A stretch of DNA of 40,310 nucleotides from a virus, in the IMG/VR virus record IMGVR_UViG_3300045988_159991, positions 1 through 40,310 of that record; one strand, 5' to 3'. Position numbers and translations under genes: made by a program. The notes beneath the pieces were generated by a model. That model was not told where the DNA came from and searched no databases. It was given only the letters and a program-made list of their open reading frames with translations. Below are positions 40,203-40,310 of the stretch, one piece after another (the stretch's first letter is position 1; every line of letters begins with the position of its first letter).

Positions 40203-40310
40203 GGATTGACCACCAATCTAGTCACCTCACTAGCTACCATCGGCTGTCTGACCACCACCAGGCTACTCTTAGGATAGACTAAATGACCATCGATATTAAA
40301 TCCTTTGACC
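40199..40310 (-). CDS. 3' part of the junction-spanning tail gene (see 1..843)
   Basis: The frame is continuous with 1..843 once the duplicated 55 bp is removed. It ends ...VVVRQPMVASEVTRLVVNP-TGA at 40199. Confidence 0.8.
   Translation of the reverse strand, partial: VKGFNIDGHLVYPKSSLVVVRQPMVASEVTRLVVNP
40256..40310. repeat. 55-bp terminal direct repeat, copy 2
   Basis: Identical to bases 1-55. Confidence 0.95.

Overview
The window is a complete, circularly closed dsDNA tailed-phage genome. It has 40,255 bp of unique sequence, and bases 1-55 are identical to 40256-40310. Several features suggest a Gram-positive (Firmicutes-like) host, which is an inference: strong AGGAGG Shine-Dalgarno sites, TTGAC(T/A)-N17 sigma70-type promoters, an Amidase_2 + SH3 endolysin, and a Dp-1/LC3-type holin. 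I saw no integrase, repressor, DNA polymerase, tRNA or CRISPR array. I recognised no tape-measure, tube or sheath genes, so the phage looks podovirus-like (inference). Layout: (i) A rightward early/middle region (4.1-21.6 kb) is driven by four copies of a conserved promoter-leader cassette. It encodes a replisome organiser with an internal ori-like repeat cluster, a RecT/YqaJ pair, a DPPH methyltransferase, duplicated small-gene cassettes, a T4-type Rnl1 RNA ligase + Pnkp pair, a VRR-NUC nuclease and two KGG-repeat proteins. (ii) A leftward unit (7.6-4.7 kb) encodes a GroES/GroEL-like chaperonin pair. (iii) A rightward late operon (21.7-32.2 kb) carries terS, terL, portal, head-assembly proteins, endolysin, holin and accessory genes. 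(iv) A leftward late operon runs from 4.0 kb across the circular junction to 33.8 kb and carries tail proteins, paralogous internal/ejection-like proteins and the major capsid protein. (v) A terminator-flanked autonomous unit (32.2-33.7 kb) holds an ORF-free promoter-to-terminator RNA candidate and a repeat-rich 397-aa protein. The most notable non-obvious signals are: a perfect 36-bp inverted repeat heading both late operons; TATAAT-N6-ATG at three SD-less gene starts (leaderless candidates); perfect DnaA-box-like 9-mers at a fixed distance upstream of two early promoters; an ORF interrupted by an in-frame TGA; the chaperonin pair in a 40-kb genome; and shared N-terminal signatures on virion-internal protein candidates. 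All functional calls rest on motif recognition by eye and from memory. No database search was possible.
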